Below, piece after piece: positions 51,582-60,444 of a stretch of 64,000 nt of DNA. The DNA lies in NCBI GenBank assembly GCA_965218785.1, contig OZ244650.1, forward strand, positions 864,001 through 928,000, read 5' to 3'. Numbering within the stretch: the first letter of the stretch is position 1; the number at the start of each line of letters is the position of its first letter. The notes beneath the pieces are model-generated. The model did no database searches. It was not told the origin of the DNA and saw only the letters and a program-made list of their open reading frames with translations. The translations under genes were made by a program, and so were the position numbers. The stretch comes from Nitrosopumilus sp. Lineage in GTDB: Archaea; Thermoproteota; Nitrososphaeria; Nitrososphaerales; Nitrosopumilaceae.

Positions 51582-51818
51582 ATGGCCGGCAAATCTGATG
51601 ATCTCTCCGAACATGATCTATTCATCACGGAATTTCCAAAAAGCGGATACAGCATCATAGACTATCTTCAGGGAAGGGTTCACTTTGCTTTACTTGATCA
51701 GATGAATCTCATGGCCACGTCTGGCATGAAACAAACCCAAATTAAAGAAACAGTCATTGCCAATGTGACTGAAATTATAAATAATTTTGAGCCCAAAAAA
51801 GACTCAAAAAGTCCTTGA
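51582..51818 (+). CDS. Hypothetical protein
   Basis: MAGKSDD..., downstream of a TTTTATAA box. Confidence 0.65.
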   Translation: MAGKSDDLSEHDLFITEFPKSGYSIIDYLQGRVHFALLDQMNLMATSGMKQTQIKETVIANVTEIINNFEPKKDSKSP

Positions 51819-51954
51819 TTCCATTCTTGCTGATTCTGCCATGATGATTTTGTGGCATCTGCAATAGCAGTTAGCATGGGGCATGTCGTTTTGATTTCTA
51901 TATTTGCACTCTTTTGTGTGCTCTATTGTTGACATTTTTCAGGGGTTTTGATCA

Positions 51955-52347
51955 TTATTCCCTTGTCGGATCCCGGCTTAGTATGTTCAGTACGTGCTCT
52001 ACGATCTGCTTTTGACCTCCGGCATGAAGATCAGTCCGCACCTCGTCTGAACCCAGACTCACAAAAATTAGATTGCTATCCTCCAGCGGGAATGTCATTC
52101 TTGTAATTTTTTCAAACGCCGCTACTGCATACAACCCCCTTCCGATTTTTGGACCAAGCGCCTTTCTTCCCTTCCACGCGCTTGCGGCTCTTTTGAGGGA
52201 TGCTTCTGTTTCTTCCTGGGACAGATAATTTCTGATCCCCTCCCGATGGCTTGTGGCAAGTATGTTTCCTTCGTTATCTGTAACTATGCTGTGTCTGATG
52301 TTGATATCCGACTCCATTATCCTCTTCAATAAATTCTCAAAATCCAT
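51955..52347 (-). CDS. Roadblock-like (DUF6659-type) protein
   Basis: IRHSIVTDNEGNIL...IGRGLYAVAAFEKITRMTFPL. Confidence 0.8.
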   Translation of the reverse strand: MDFENLLKRIMESDINIRHSIVTDNEGNILATSHREGIRNYLSQEETEASLKRAASAWKGRKALGPKIGRGLYAVAAFEKITRMTFPLEDSNLIFVSLGSDEVRTDLHAGGQKQIVEHVLNILSRDPTRE

Positions 52348-52414
52348 TGATTATACTATCACAGAATATTACTTAAGGGATCCTAAAATCGATTCTATAG
52401 TGTTATCGTGATAT

Positions 52415-52471
52415 TGGGGTCCCTCTAGAATTGTAACGCTGCGATACATACGCTTTTTGAGCAGGTTGGGG
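52415..52471 (+). mobile_element. Diverged solo IS3-type end / MITE
   Basis: TGGGGTCCCTCTAGAATTG...ATACATACGCTTTTTGAGCAGGTTGGGG. Confidence 0.75.
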
Positions 52472-52699
52472 TACTGTCGAATCGTTCCACAAGACACTCA
52501 AAAAAAAAATATTTGCAGCCGCGCGAGTTTGCAACTATCGGGAGGCAGAAGTCATTGCAGAGCCGTATCTGGATTACAATCACTTGATCCACTTGGCACC
52601 TGGATATGTGACTCGGGAAATTCTTATCAGACGGGATGTGAGAAATAAATAATGACGATTAAACATGCAAAGGCGTTCTTATTTGGGAATCCGCCCCGG

Positions 52700-52918
52700 T
52701 TATCTCCAAATTTTAACGCAGATAAAAACTAGTATGACACTAATTGCAAAAACAAAAACAGAACTGCCTATCCCAATAAATTGTGCTGTCTGAGGAGGGG
52801 GTTCTACAATAACATAATTTAGTAAAAGATAGCGAAAGGGTTCAACAAGTATTAGGTAAAGAAGAACGGGACTGAATATTATGAAAATTTTCATGATCTT
52901 TTTTTGTGAAAGCAACAT
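52700..52918 (-). CDS. Small 2-TM protein
   Basis: 72 aa, hydrophobic. Confidence 0.45.
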   Translation of the reverse strand: MLLSQKKIMKIFIIFSPVLLYLILVEPFRYLLLNYVIVEPPPQTAQFIGIGSSVFVFAISVILVFICVKIWR

Positions 52919-53209
52919 ATTTCACAAACCATATGCTAGTAAAAAAGGGATTCTGTAAAGTTACGGAGATCTTAAATCATGATCTGTTCGTGATTGAAAT
53001 TTTATACCTGTTGAGAACTTTTGTTCAGTGAGACATTTGAATGGTATTCCAAAAGTGGGAAATAATCCTTCAGATGCAGCGTTAACAAGGCTGGCTGAAT
53101 AGACACAGATTAATCCGGAGAAGATCATGATTTCATGTCTCATGTCTGGCATCAGATGACTTTGGTACCTAATCTGATCCATTTTATTAGATAGTACATG
53201 ATCCCAACT

Positions 53210-53824
53210 ATGACAAAATTAACGACGATAAACCCATTGCCTGCAATTGTATTGCTTGTTTCAACTGGCATGAATTATTCATTTACACGGCAAACGCCAT
53301 GAGAAAAAAAACCTTACAGAGATTTGCCCGTAACTAACGTTAATGAACAAACGGATATTCTTGGTAATAGGGGAGCCGAAATATTTGGGTTATTGGAAAA
53401 CACGACAGATAAACAAACAACCAATGAACTAGAAACAGAACTTGAAAACATCAAAGCTACTTTGATAACACATGGTATACCGACAGTTGAGGAATATGAC
53501 TCAGATAAAGCATATTGGAGACAAATAACTGCACAGCATCATTTATCTAAAGAAAAAGATCAATGATTTATTTCCAATGTACGTTATGCATTTCATGGAG
53601 TGATGTGTGTAATTTCACTCCAAAAGTTGTTTCCAATCAGACTAGATTGCTATGGATTTGGTGGAATGTCATGTATCTCCTCTGGTTGGAAAAATCTTCA
53701 AGATGTAGAAAACGGTGATCAAACATTAATTGCTGGTAATCTACTACCCAATCAGCGCTTTTTAATCTTACACCAGCAATTGGGGCTGCATTCGGGGTTG
53801 GAATCGGACATTTTACTCATCTGA
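53210..53824 (+). pseudogene. Fragmented secreted-protein gene
   Basis: Signal-like start followed by successive short ORFs (53324, 53600). Confidence 0.4.
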
Positions 53825-54071
53825 AACAAGCCATGATAATCCGATGACATCCTCCCACACCGGCTTATAATCGTCATCTTGCATATTTTGTTGTGGCAAA
53901 ATTCCTATTTAACACTGATGAATGATTCATCAGTGTATGTGTGTACCACCGGATATGACCTGATTTTTAATTATCTGCCAAGCAAAAGTACGGCAGCGGC
54001 AGTAATTACAACAACAACAACCGACACGATTCAAAATTCATTAGACTAAACTCGTCGCTTTGATTTGGCTG

Positions 54072-54533
54072 TTAGGAGCTTGCTGCTTTTTCATAAAAAA
54101 ATTCCTGCTTTTTCAAATCTTTTTCAGAAATAATCCTGCACTTTCTCATGGGAACCAGTCTGGAAATCTGCTCGTACGTGCTCATGTCCCTGACATCTGC
54201 GGCATACGCGATTTGTAAAAGCGGTGATTTTTCCTCAATCATGGGCTTTGCCTGCTCATATCCGCTGCTCTGTCTCATACCCGTCCTGAATAATCCTATA
54301 CGCCTGTCACTTTTTGATATTTGTGGATCCTGATAGCAGCAAATTGCAAACTCATCATCGTCTTTTTCAATAATTGTCAATCTGGTGAATTTATCACTCC
54401 AATCTTCTATCTCTTCTGCAATGGATGCTGCCACTTTCTTGTCCTCAAAAACCATGGATACGACCAGTCGGTCCTTCTCATATGCCCATGAAATTCCAAA
54501 AAAATCCCGGTGCCAGTCAATCTCAAATGACAT
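54072..54533 (-). CDS. Hypothetical protein
   Basis: 153-aa ORF. Confidence 0.75.
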   Translation of the reverse strand: MSFEIDWHRDFFGISWAYEKDRLVVSMVFEDKKVAASIAEEIEDWSDKFTRLTIIEKDDDEFAICCYQDPQISKSDRRIGLFRTGMRQSSGYEQAKPMIEEKSPLLQIAYAADVRDMSTYEQISRLVPMRKCRIISEKDLKKQEFFYEKAASS

Positions 54534-54795
54534 GTATCATGTAAAAAAATTCTCAAATTAATGCCTTTAAATCCCGTTGATCGTATCAATATCTTGATTC
54601 ATTTTCAAGGAAACGGTGACTGGAGGCAGTCTGTCCAATTACACGGGGGTTAATCCTGTCTTTTCAACAGCGCCTCTTCTGGGGTCTTTTCCTTATTTGA
54701 CTCCATATGCCAGTTATGATGTTTTTTCCAGTGCGTTTCTAATTCTGCCGTAGTCGGCTCCTTTCCAAGCGGAGTACCGCATAATTTACACTGTT

Positions 54796-55233
54796 TCATT
54801 TTCTCTCTCTGCTGATTTTTTCTTTTTTGGTTTTATTGCCCTGCGATCCTGGGGGAAAACTCCTGCCACCTTCCGTTATCTTTGTCCTTTTATTATTATT
54901 ATTATTCCTCCTAAACGAACCTGGCTTCTCCCTTTTTCTTTTTCTTTCCAAATCCATGATTGCATATGTCTGCCCTGTTGCACACAGTTTCATCTCCCCC
55001 GTGGCTACATTGTGACTTGATTCTAGCACTCCGTCTACTAGCAACTCCCCTACGACATCCCACGCCCTGCTTTCTGAAATTTCAAACTTGTATGGTATTG
55101 TAGATACCTTGGTGAAAAAACCGTTATTTGAATTTCTAAGAATAAACTCTTGTATCTTTTGCTCTATTGTCAGTACGGGTTCTCTTTTCTTAAACTTTCT
55201 AAACGGTCTTCTTTCTGACATTATTCTTTTCAA
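54796..55233 (-). CDS. Basic hypothetical protein with a wHTH-like core
   Basis: 145-aa ORF, K/R-rich termini. Confidence 0.7.
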   Translation of the reverse strand: MKRIMSERRPFRKFKKREPVLTIEQKIQEFILRNSNNGFFTKVSTIPYKFEISESRAWDVVGELLVDGVLESSHNVATGEMKLCATGQTYAIMDLERKRKREKPGSFRRNNNNNKRTKITEGGRSFPPGSQGNKTKKEKISRERK

Positions 55234-55250
55234 TCCTTTCGGTATTTTAT

Positions 55251-55386
55251 CTGTTATTTTGCCTGTTATTTTGCCTGTTATTTTGCCTGTTATTTTGCCT
55301 GTTATTTTGCCTGTTATTTTGCCTGTTATTTTGCCTGTTATTTTGCCTGTTATTTTGCCTGTTATTTTGCCTGTTATTTTGCCTGT
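55251..55386. repeat. 12-bp VNTR (CTGTTATTTTGC)x11
   Basis: Eleven exact copies plus a partial copy. Confidence 0.98.
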
Positions 55387-55967
55387 AACGTATCTGGATC
55401 ATTGTTTCCAGGCAGATATCTGTCTCCGAGCTTGAGTTTCATTTTTTGATCAAACTCTTCTTGGAGTCTTGTAAGATAGATCTCCGCCTCTGTCTCATCT
55501 TCTGGAACGCCCGTATCTGCATCATAGTTAAAACCCGTAGCCAGATGATAAAATTCCTCAAAAAATTCCTTACAGTCAATGACGTCTGCCCTGAGATCCA
55601 CTGACATTACCAGACAGTCATCCTCCATTCTAAAATTGAGGCCCGTTTCATCCTCAATCATAACGTCTGCTGTGACTGCCATAAGATATGGCACGTGTCT
55701 TTGTTCCAGACCGTCCTGCCCCCTGCCTGTAATACGCAGCTCATATCCGTCTGTAAGATGATCAAAGGTCTTTTTTATCACGTCTCGAATCTCCGAGTCC
55801 CGGTAAACTGATTTTGCATTCCATGATGATTCTGCCTGATAGTCTTTTGGCTCAACGCACAAAATGTCAAATGTCAAGCCTTTATTTTTTTGTTCAAATT
55901 CCCAGATCTGTTTGTTGGTCCACATCGGTGAAAGACTGTCGATTAATTTTTTTGTTTCCTGCTCCAT
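55374..55967 (-). CDS. Acidic hypothetical protein
   Basis: 197 aa; stop codon lies within the VNTR. Confidence 0.75.
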   Translation of the reverse strand: MEQETKKLIDSLSPMWTNKQIWEFEQKNKGLTFDILCVEPKDYQAESSWNAKSVYRDSEIRDVIKKTFDHLTDGYELRITGRGQDGLEQRHVPYLMAVTADVMIEDETGLNFRMEDDCLVMSVDLRADVIDCKEFFEEFYHLATGFNYDADTGVPEDETEAEIYLTRLQEEFDQKMKLKLGDRYLPGNNDPDTLQAK

Positions 55968-56006
55968 TCAAATCCTTTGTATCCCTTCTGTTTAATCTAT
56001 TCTGAT

Positions 56007-56213
56007 TCAGTTGTTGACCCCTGATTTGAGAAATTCCAGCGTGCATTCTGCAAGCTGCTTGTTGCTGTGTTCTTTGATTTTATGTCTGCAATTAGGACAG
56101 ATTCCTGCATCTTCTTCTGTAAATTCCCCGCCCACCTGTTTGATGCAGCATTCCATCAATTCTGATGTTGAATGCGATTCCATCGAAAGCTTGCATGTGG
56201 GGCACTCTGTCAT
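56007..56213 (-). CDS. Small double zinc-finger protein
   Basis: CPTC......H...EC and CPNC......H...EC. Confidence 0.75.
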   Translation of the reverse strand: MTECPTCKLSMESHSTSELMECCIKQVGGEFTEEDAGICPNCRHKIKEHSNKQLAECTLEFLKSGVNN

Positions 56214-56434
56214 TTGTCTCTGTTTTATAGAAAATTAACAGCTAATAAAATATGATGATCGATGATTTGCCAGTCATACTCCTAAAACAGATCTGAATTG
56301 AATTTCATCCACAACCAGTACACGATGTTAAATGAAAAGCCCGGCACCGCCAAATCTGCCTGCCTGTCTGGCAGTTCACGTATTTGCAAGCTTTCAAACC
56401 CGAATAAAACAATATTTTTGGCAGGGGAGAAAAA

Positions 56435-57307
56435 TCATAGATATTTTTTATTTTCCCTCAAGTATTTTGTCACAAACCATTTTACAAATATAAAATCGTT
56501 ATTTTTTAGGCAGGACGACTCTAGTTTTTTGATGTATGTTTGTTTTTCTTTTGGCAGAATATTCATCATGGGATATCTGTTCCTGTGCAATACCCGCAGC
56601 ATCAACATCCTTCCGATCCTCCCATTTCCATCAATAAACGGATGTATCAACTCGAATCTTTTGTGAAATATTGCAGATAACTGTACTGGATTAACATCCG
56701 TCTTGACTTTGTCGTACCATTTTAGCAATTCCCCCACGTCTGAAATGACATCTGCCCATGGAGCATACTCTGTCTTCCCCGGATAGGGTGCCACATCTTC
56801 TCTTCTAAAACTTCCTGCGTTGTTGGTGTCTGTCCTTTCAAATAATTTTCCGTGCCAGTCAAGAATCAATTTTTTAGAAATATCCTTGCTGGGATTTAGC
56901 ATGTCATCGAAAATTACTGCCATTTGTTCTGCCTCTATAATATCCTCGGTGGATGTATCTTTGGGTGACAGATGATCCTCCAATAACTTTTTTGTCTGCC
57001 CTAACGTCATGGTACTTCCCTCAATTCTTTGCGTGCTGTAGATGTGGATAACTTTGAATCCATGATGTTCTGATTTGAGGATTTTCGGATCAGTTTTTTT
57101 AGAAAATCCAGAATATTTTTTTTTAATTTTTTCTAACAGTGGGTTTTTTTCATCTTGAAAAATCCCCCCTTCAAATTCTTTTTCCAGTCGTTCTAGATTG
57201 TCAGGTATTTTTCTGCCCAGATATCTTTCATATTGTTTTATGCCTGTCTTGTGAATTAGATAATAATATTTACCATTACCTTTAGTTCGTTTAATTGTTG
57301 ATACCAT
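56435..57307 (-). CDS. Fic-family AMPylase (class II-like)
   Basis: HPFIDGNGRIGR catalytic motif; TQRIEG matches the (S/T)xxxE(G/N) inhibitory motif. Confidence 0.93.
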   Translation of the reverse strand: MVSTIKRTKGNGKYYYLIHKTGIKQYERYLGRKIPDNLERLEKEFEGGIFQDEKNPLLEKIKKKYSGFSKKTDPKILKSEHHGFKVIHIYSTQRIEGSTMTLGQTKKLLEDHLSPKDTSTEDIIEAEQMAVIFDDMLNPSKDISKKLILDWHGKLFERTDTNNAGSFRREDVAPYPGKTEYAPWADVISDVGELLKWYDKVKTDVNPVQLSAIFHKRFELIHPFIDGNGRIGRMLMLRVLHRNRYPMMNILPKEKQTYIKKLESSCLKNNDFIFVKWFVTKYLRENKKYL

Positions 57308-58184
57308 GATTTACTTGCCCAGAATATATTAATATATTTTGTAAAATTGCAATAAAACGCTGGGTAATAATTTGATATGCTGTTTTATAAAAAATAAAAA
57401 ACCAGGTTTTACGCTCAATGACACCCTCATCAATGACATGCCCTGCGTAATCTGATGAATACCCCTTTTGAAAGCAGACATCAAATGCTCTGTGACGTAA
57501 ATTACCTGCTGAAAATTAATGCAACGGCATCAACTGAGACCCTCAGTTGCATGCACGCCAGATTCAAGTAATTACCATCCAAACAGTATGATGAATCCTG
57601 CCGCTGATGCCATTATTGAAATTCCCATCCAGACATAGAACTTCCCCATCATACTACGTGGTGGAATTCACTAAAATTAATAGTTTGGAATTTGGAAAGC
57701 AAGCAGTATGATATCTTTTTTTGTATCGACTCTTTGGGAGTCACGACCAGATATCAAACCGGCAATCATCTCGCTTCCAATGTTTGTAATACCCTGTATC
57801 CTGAAAAACTCTTAAAATAAAACATGTCTTCAAATTTGATCAAAATGGGTGGAAAAAATGATCCTTTTTTCAAGGAATCAAGCCTCGACTTGGTGTCTGC
57901 ATTGTTGTACCTATCTGTTGATTCCCCGTTACGGCGTTTTATGCTTGCTTTGAAGAAACGCCTCCGAATCCGGGTCTTGCTGCTGGAAAATTTTTTTCAA
58001 TTAAGGATCATTGGGCATTCTTGATAGTGTGCAGGGATTCAAAATAACCAGACATGAGCATCCCAAATACCTGAATCTGATCCACTCTTGGCTGACCTCA
58101 TGCCCAATCACCCCGTAAATTTGACAGAATGACAAAAACGGACCTGATCTTAATAATTTTATTCCACTAACTGACAAGACAGAC

Positions 58185-58721
58185 ATGGGCGAGAATAACG
58201 TCGTAACCTGGTCAGAGAACACATTTCTCAAACAGTCTGATTTTCAAGCAGAATCCAACCCCGCGGCATTTGAGGACTCGCACAGTATAATCAAATACCG
58301 ATACACCTGGACTGTCAATTCTGACGAGATAAAAGACCGGATTTTGTTTTTTATTGAAAACATCCTGATCTCAGTCGAATTCCATCCGCTCCTGTCATGG
58401 GTTCGGTCTTCCCAGTACGATGATGCGTTGTTAAAGCATGAGCAGGGGCATTTTGATCTAGCTGAATTAGTAAAGCGGGAAAGCTTGGAACGGATTCAAA
58501 ACGAATTTACTGACAAACAATTTCCAACCAGAGGTAAAAACGAGGAACAAAGAAAGCAGTTTGCAAGGGAGGATTCCGGTAGGATGATTGCCAACGAAGT
58601 TGAGAAATTAAGCGTGCTTTTTCTGCAAAAAAAACAAAAATATGATCAGGAAACAAACTTTGGCAAAGACCCGACCAGACAGTCGGAGTATGATTCAATC
58701 TTTGAGCGGCTACGGCTCTGA
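58185..58721 (+). CDS. DUF922-like putative zinc peptidase
   Basis: W..F, SWV, LLKHEQGHFDL, YDQETNFG. Confidence 0.8.
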   Translation: MGENNVVTWSENTFLKQSDFQAESNPAAFEDSHSIIKYRYTWTVNSDEIKDRILFFIENILISVEFHPLLSWVRSSQYDDALLKHEQGHFDLAELVKRESLERIQNEFTDKQFPTRGKNEEQRKQFAREDSGRMIANEVEKLSVLFLQKKQKYDQETNFGKDPTRQSEYDSIFERLRL

Positions 58722-58982
58722 TCATTTCCCGATGATCTTGTTTTCTGGAACCGAACTGATATAATTTACCAGACTTCTATAATATTTCAAATGAAAGTCA
58801 AGATCCCTTATCTCAGTCTGTTTCAACTCTTCGAGTTCTGGTCCAAAATCCCTCTTGTCTGTTTGAATCTGGTTTAACGTATTTTCATTTATCTCTATCA
58901 TGTGAAACAGGCTGTGAAGCACGTCCCCCTTTGTGAGGGTGTTTTGGCACGATTTTTCCAGTAACGCTTCAACCCAGCTCAT
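58722..58982 (-). CDS. Hypothetical protein
   Basis: 86-aa helical ORF. Confidence 0.6.
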   Translation of the reverse strand: MSWVEALLEKSCQNTLTKGDVLHSLFHMIEINENTLNQIQTDKRDFGPELEELKQTEIRDLDFHLKYYRSLVNYISSVPENKIIGK

Positions 58983-59262
58983 ACCTTTGAACCCTGAATT
59001 ATTATATCTGGATCTGAATTTGATTAATTCCTGTCTTTACTCTATTTTTTTTAGTTGGACCAAAATGATCATTGTTTTTTGGCACGTTTTTTCCGGTTCA
59101 TAATCTCCCTGTTTCTTTCCACGTCTGAATGAACCTCGAGATGCTCGTATAGCTGCTCTTTTGAATCAAATATCTGCTCACAGTAATAACATTGGTGCAT
59201 TATATAATCACGTCAGTCTCGAATTAATCACTTTCTATTTTTAACCGTCTTTCCAAATTATA

Positions 59263-59580
59263 CTAGGGGGCTTTCAGCTCTATTTCAGAATTACATGTGG
59301 GCAGATTGCCTGACTCGTCCCTGAATTGCTGGATTAACCGAATCTGGCGTTCTTTTGGATTGTCTGTAAACTCCCTTTGATATGACTGGGTTTTTTGCAT
59401 GCATTCGTTTCCCTCAAAATCCGTATCCACGTATTTTGTGAATCTCTCTTGCAGGTTTTCTGACTGGCCAATGTATATCACCTCTTTTTTCCTGTCATAC
59501 AATACGTATACGCCGGGAATTGATTTTACAAATTTGGCACTCTCCAGCCAAATCCTCATTTTATCCTCAAGTAACTGCAT
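59263..59580 (-). CDS. GIY-YIG nuclease family protein
   Basis: PGVYVLY..VIYIGQS.NLQERF...LPTCN. Confidence 0.85.
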   Translation of the reverse strand: MQLLEDKMRIWLESAKFVKSIPGVYVLYDRKKEVIYIGQSENLQERFTKYVDTDFEGNECMQKTQSYQREFTDNPKERQIRLIQQFRDESGNLPTCNSEIELKAP

Positions 59581-59851
59581 ACTATGCGATACTTCTACTA
59601 GATATTAAACTAAGGTACAATATACCTGATATCTGACTTTTTTAGCACCGAAGATCTGTATCTTTTGCTTTTTTGATTTTGTAATGTCAAATAATGATTG
59701 GTAATCTTGATCTAAAACAAACCTTGCAACAAAACATGCCTGATCTGAAATAACGTTTTGGAGCACCTGCGACGTAGTTTTGCCCCGTCGATCCCTTGAC
59801 CATCAGAACCGATTTGTACCATTCAACCATTCTGATCTTTGGGCTGCCACA

Positions 59852-60301
59852 GGTTCTGTGGATTCTAGTGATCTGATCCCCAAAATGCACCAGAACTCTC
59901 CATTACGACAAATACAGGTTTTAGAGGCGTAATAGAGAGAGAAAGTCAGTTGGAAATAGTGTGGACTGGGAATCGAACCCACGCCTAAGAGGTTTTAACT
60001 CATGATGCTACCATTACACCAAGAGCCCACCAGGTTTATTAAAAAATACAAAGTAATAATGTTGAGGTTTCAACTCTAAAACGCGCTAATTACATTGGCC
60101 TGGTTTTCCTTTCTGCCATCAGCCCACAGCTTTTGAAGAGAAAGGAAAACAAATTTTTGTTATATCTGAGGATTTGATGCAGGGTAGGTTGTTTCAACTA
60201 GTAAAAGATTGTCACAAACCGGCCCTGCAATTTTTCTCTATCTGGTTTTATTCCCAGGTTCTGTGGATTCTAGTGATCTGATCCCCAAAATGCACCAGAT
60301 C
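59852..60301. mobile_element. Miniature pseudo-compound transposon: two direct mini-elements around 360 bp of cargo
   Basis: 45 identical bp at 59850-59894 and 60255-60299; flanks CTGCCACA (59844-59851) and CTGTCACA (60302-60309) match at 7/8. Confidence 0.82.
59959..60028 (-). pseudogene. tRNA-like sequence lacking a matching 3' acceptor strand
   Basis: GGGCTCT TG GTGT AATGGTA GCAT C ATGAG TTAAAAC CTCTT AGGC GTGGG TTCGATT CCCAG gives a canonical D/anticodon/T-arm layout. Confidence 0.7.
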
Positions 60302-60444
60302 CTGTCACATTCTTTTCTAAAGAAGATCGGCCATGTTTTAAATCCTGCCGCATATGCTGATCCGGATTGAAGCCAAACCCTGCAAAATCCCTGATATCAC
60401 AAGAACCTTCATACTTTTAATATTGTGAAAAAACATGATTAATA

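Noticed and set aside
55088-55435. (ILPV)n repeat protein on the plus strand
   Set aside because: It is a translation of the 12-bp VNTR, antisense to two real genes.
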